A stretch of 64,000 nt of DNA from Squalus acanthias (Eukaryota). The notes beneath the pieces were generated by a model. That model did no database searches, was not told the DNA's origin, and saw nothing but the letters and a program-made list of their open reading frames with translations. Location of the stretch: NCBI GenBank assembly GCA_030390025.1, contig CM059433.1:9860001-9924000 (forward strand), given 5' to 3'. Positions 58,960 through 64,000 of the stretch are shown one piece after another. Made by a program: the position numbers and the translations under genes. Position 1 is the first letter of the stretch. The number at the start of each line of letters is the position of its first letter.

Positions 58960-60880
58960 AAGATAACCCCGGCTTCTATTCTCTACTACTAACCATCTTC
59001 TTAAACCCCTCTCCCCGTCTCCTCCACACTCACCTCCAACAAGAAGTGTGAGGAGCTGATGGATTTCTTTGTCTCTGAGATTGAGACCATCCGTTCAGTT
59101 GCCTCTGCCACTTTCCTCCTTCCCCTAGCCCACTGGGCCAAACTTCCTCAAAGGTTCCCCCCTGCCCTAGCCCTGAACTCGCATCTTTCTCCAGTTTCTC
59201 TCCGATCGCCCCTCTTAACCTCTCCACGCTCATCTTGTCCATGAGACCCACTTCCTGCTCCCTCGACCCTATTCCCACTAAACTGCTGACCACCCAACTT
59301 CCTTTTCTGGCTCCCATGTTAGCTGACATTGTTAATGGTTTGCTCTCCTCAGGTACTGTCCCCCTCTCCTTCAAATCTGCCGCCATCACCCCTCTCCTCA
59401 AAAAACCAACCCTTGACCCCTCCATCCTTGCAAACTACCGCCCCATCTCCAACCTCCCTTTCCTCTCCAAAGTCCTTGAACGTGTTGTTGCCTCCCAAAT
59501 CCGTGCCCATCTTTCCCAGAACTCTATGTTTGAATCCCTCCAATCCGGTTTCCGCCCCTGCCACAGTACTGAAACAGCTCTCATCAAAGTCACAAATGAC
59601 ATTCTTTGTGACTGTGACAAAGGTAAACTATCCCTCCTTGTCCTTCTTGACTTGTCTGCAGCCTTTGACATGGTTGACCACTCCATCCTTGTCCAATGCC
59701 TCTTCACCATCGTCCAGCTGGGTGGGACTGTACTCGCCTGGTTCCATTCTTATCTATCTAATCATAGCCAGAGAATCACCTGCAATGGCTTCTCTTCCCG
59801 CTCCCGCATCATTACCTCTGGTGTCCTCCAAGGATCTATCCTTGGCCCCCTCCTATTTCTCATCTACATGCTGCCCCTTGGCGACATCATCCGAAAACAC
59901 AGCGTCAGTTTCCACATGTACGCTGACAACACCCAGCTCTACCTCACCACCATTTCTCTTGACCACTGCACGGTCTCTAAATTGTCAGACTGCTTGTCCG
60001 ACATCCAGTTCTGGATGAGCAGAAATTTTCTCATATTAAATATTGGGAAGCCCGAAGCCATTGTTTTCGGTCCCCGCCACAAATTCCGTTCCCTAGCCAC
60101 TGACTCCATCCCTCTCCCTAACATCTGTCTGAGGCTGAACCACACTGTTCGCAACCTTGGTGTCATATTTGACCCGAAATGAACTTCCGACCACATATCT
60201 GCGGCATAACTAAGACCGCCTATTTCCACCTCCGTAACATCGCCCGTCTCTGCCCTTGCCTCAGCTCATCCGCTGCTGAAACCCTCATCCATGCCTTTGT
60301 TACCTCTAGACTTGACTATTCCAACGCACTCCTGGTTGGCCTCCCACATTCTACCCTACGTAAACTTGAGGTCATCCAAAACTCTGCTGCCCGTGTCCTA
60401 ACTCGCACCAAGTCCCGTTCGCCCATCACCCCTGTGCTCGCTGACCGACATTGGCTCCCAGTTAAGCAATGCCTCGATTTCAAAATTCTCGTCCTTGTTT
60501 TCAAATCCCTCCATGGCCTCGCCCCTCCCTATCTCTGTAATCTCCTTTAGTCCCACAACCCCCCGAGATATCTGCGCTCTTCTAATTCTGCCTTCTTGAA
60601 CATCCCTGATTATAATCGCTCAATTATCAGTGGCCGTGCCTTCAGCTGCCTCGGCCCTAAGCTCTGGAACACCCTCCCTAAACCTCTCCGCCTCTCTACC
60701 TCTCTTTCCTCCTTTAAGATGATCCCGAAAACCTACCTCTTTGACCAAGCTTTTGATGATCTGCCCTAATTTCTTCTTATGTGGCTCGGTGTCAAATTTT
60801 TGTCTTACAATACTCCTGTGAAGCGCTTTGGAACATTTTACTACGTTAAAGGCGCTATATAAATACAAGTTGTTGTTGTT
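58960..60880 (+). mobile_element. L2 LINE, 5'-truncated, with a nearly intact RT domain
   Basis: ORF 59235..60182: LDPIPT, NYRPISNLPFLSKVLE, QSGFRP.HSTETAL, LDLSAAFDMVDH, QGSILGPLLF and YADNTQLY; (TTG)n tail. Confidence 0.97.
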
Positions 60881-62107
60881 TCAAATGAACTGGTACCTCC
60901 CAGGTGCCCAGTGGGCCCCTCATACTGACTGTCAAATGCCTCACAAATCTCCTCCCTAGTCTTTCTCAGCACTCTGGGATAAATACCACATAACCTTGTT
61001 TTGTGTCATTCTAGCCAGTCATGGACCTCCATCTTGTTTACATCGATGTCGTTAATTTTGCTTCTGTTATCACTGGTTGAGAAGGGCATGTTGTTCATGG
61101 CTTTCCCATTGAATGCTTGGAGGAAGTAATGATTCAAAATATTTACTATTTAGCGCTCATCCTCCGTTTCGAGCCTGTTTTGCATCTCTTATGCTTCTCA
61201 CCTCTTCTCTGACTGCCCTCTTCCGATTGCATTCCTGAAAGAATTTTTGAAAGGTTAAAGTTTCCCAGAACCCTCTCGCTACTATCTCTACTTTGTAACT
61301 GCTGCCCCAGAGAAAAAAAAATCCTGTGCAAGAGCATGAAATGGGAAGCTGACTCCACACATAAGTACTCTGACTGTAAAGTTCTCCGCCCTTGCTGTGC
61401 TCCAGGTGAACATTTCATCGTTCCCTTGTGTTACTTTAGAAATGAATACCTGATGGGTCTTTCCATAGAGCCCTGAAGACGTCCATGTAATTCATCAAGC
61501 AGTCAGGGGGTCATGCTCTGGTGAGCTATGGAGCGTGTCCATCACCTGGCGTTGTTATGAGTGCAGTAAATCTGTTCTCAGACCAATTGGATTTATTTTT
61601 ATTACAGCACTTCAGTGTTAAAAGTAGTGCACTAAACACTCGCAATACAATATGTGAAACTGAACGAGAAGAAAACTAGGAGATGCATACCTGACCCGGA
61701 TCCATGACAGGGAGATTAATAAGGTGATATGATTGCAGTGTTGTTCACCCCTTATTCCATAACTCCAGGTGCACAGCCTGATACTCTATTTACTGAAACT
61801 CTGACCATGATCTTGTAAGTAAGGTAGCCCTGTATTGTAACTAAAACAATGGCAGTACCATCAGAGGCACCAGAACTCTCCATCATAGGGGGTTTCCAGA
61901 GGGTGACCGCAAATGTTTCATCTAATTTTTTTTTGTACTGAAGGGGCCACGAACTCCTTTGAGTGCGACCTTTTCGTCCACGAGCAAATTTTAAAACCAC
62001 AACAAAACAACTTTTACAACAACAGCGACAGCAACAGCAACCACTTAAAAGCATATATCCAGTAATGCCATATTGCCACCCCACCGTCTCAAATCATCAG
62101 ACAATCA

Positions 62108-62395
62108 GCCAAGGTTCTATACAAGTTTAACATAACTTATCTGCTTTTGAATTCCATTCCTCTAGAAATGAGCCCCAGTGCTTTATTTGCACTTTTCTGG
62201 CTTTTTTAACCTGCGTCGCTACTTTTAATGATTTGTGAATCTATACCCCGAGATCCCTTTGCACCTCTACCCCATTTAGACTCAGATTTTCCAAGAAGTA
62301 GGTGGCCTCCTTATTCCTCCCACCAAAATGCACCACCTCACACTTATCTATATTGAAATTCATTTGTCATTTACATGCCCATTCTGCAAGTTTGT
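62108..62395 (-). mobile_element. CR1 internal RT fragment
   Basis: Homologous to 7655-7935. Confidence 0.8.
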
Positions 62396-64000
62396 TTACG
62401 GTAGAATTAATTAAAGGCTTTTAGTTCATCATGTACAAACTCTATTTAATAAAAAATTACTTGTCAGAAATGACTGGGATATAAAAGAACTGCATAATAA
62501 AGCATTAGCACTTCAGAAACGTCACTCAGTTACATGGTTATGCATTGACAAACAATCCAAAAGGCCCAAGGTGAGCTGAAAGAAGCATATCTATTCGTGC
62601 AATTTGTATTAATTTTAAAGGTTTCAACATATTAGCCCATCTTTCATGTCACTATAGCAGTGGCTGCACAAGCAGCAGGAGCAGCGGCTTTCCTATGGCG
62701 CTGACGTGCTGTACATCCACATAAGTAATTGGAATATTAATCACAATGCAACCAGACAACCAACAAATATAAAGTGCTGTAGTTCTTTAGTTCGCAGTAT
62801 TAAAAAGAATTGAACAAAAACGGGTATCCGTATTTTCATCTTCAATCGCTTCCATTAATAAACGTGGTCTTCTTGAACCAGCACACCTCCCATGTAACAT
62901 GTCAGAAATGCAGCACTTATTCACAAGTGCAGAAAAACACATACACAATTTGCGTCACTGAATTAAAAACAAAAAGCAGGAAAAGCTATGATTTAACAAA
63001 AATAAACATTCATCTTTCTTCCTGGACAGGAGAACCAATCAGATTGACTTGGAAATGTTTACTAATATGTTGACGTAAAGATGTCAATTTACGAATTTTG
63101 TTTCTAATGTTTTTCTCTCAAACATTCTCCACAATATTAATCCCTGCTCTTATCACGAAAAGTGTTCAATTATTTTAGGTACTTCCCAGTTAAATAGTGG
63201 GAAACAAACTTCATTGTACTCTCAATTTTTAATCTCCTATTTCAAACATTTATACCAAATCAAAATTGTACATTATCAGTTTAATCGAAGTATTTTCTGT
63301 GTCTTTCTCAATAAACAAATAGTAGTTTCTTTTAAAGTAGCTTCCTGCAATTTTTATATCTCCTTACATAACTCGTGTTTATATTAACACTCCACTAATG
63401 GTTTAAGAGGAAATCTAGATTTACATTATTCCTGGGACTTGTTCGAACTATAGAACGACAGACAAAATAACATGGTTTGTGTTTTTCCCCTTTTTTGGTT
63501 CTCTTCCTAAACGTCTTAATGATATTTTTTTTAAGTCCATTAAAAGTAATACGTAACTCCTACAAATCCAACCAGCCCTCAACAGCATGGTTGCATGTTT
63601 GTGTAAAGCTACTCACTTCAGTTGATCATTCAAAATCAAATATTGAGAAATTTTATTTTAAAATATTTTAAGCGTTTCAGAACCGCTTTAAAAGCTTCTG
63701 GACTTCAGGACCTGGTTGAAACTTGTTTAGATGAAGGGAAAATTGATTTCTGTTTCTGTTTATTCCAAATTCATATTCGAAACTTAGGGGGGAAAAAGGT
63801 GTTTTTAACACTCATTTTTTGTGAAAAGTTCATTAAAAATCTTTAAATTCTTTCAAGTCTCATTGCTTTGACAGAAGTTGCTCCAAGTTTCTCTTTCCCT
63901 CTTCAACACTGTTGTTAAACATACAACAAAAAATAATAAAATAAACTCTAATTCCAAACGGAGCTCAAATAAGAAAGTGAATAAAGTGGTTAAGCTTCCT

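Noticed and set aside
61146..62084. Minus-strand ORFs 61146..61418 and 61752..62084
   Set aside because: No recognisable motifs; short and interrupted; insufficient evidence without a database search
1..64000. CRISPR array, rRNA or prokaryotic operon
   Set aside because: No regularly spaced repeats or rRNA-like sequence; the content is vertebrate interspersed repeats

Overview
Eukaryotic, repeat-dominated intronic or intergenic DNA. The repeat complement (HE1-like V-SINE, HER1-like CR1 LINEs, DeuSINE/SacSINE1-like SINE) points to a cartilaginous fish, probably a shark. Family names are recognised from memory and not database-verified. No intact host protein-coding gene could be supported. 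The window holds many 5'-truncated CR1, L2, RTE and Vingi LINE fragments and about four SINE families. It also holds a PIF/Harbinger system scattered in pieces: an interrupted HARBI1-like DDE transposase, a TIR/TSD-bounded element carrying an intron-containing Myb/SANT gene, a decayed Myb gene and many MITEs. Main points: (1) Two Penelope-like (PLE) families carry about 14 minimal hammerhead-ribozyme motifs (intact, mutated or vestigial). These include tiny palindromic elements with exact 13-bp TSDs, a compensatory stem I change, and a vestigial second pLTR/hammerhead in the 3' UTR. (2) Three ~220-bp solo-LTR-like elements have exact 5-bp TSDs and carry a CTCF-like motif plus a TATA box. (3) An RTE copy has a twin-priming-type inversion. 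(4) Several insertions recur at the same spot of an old SINE.
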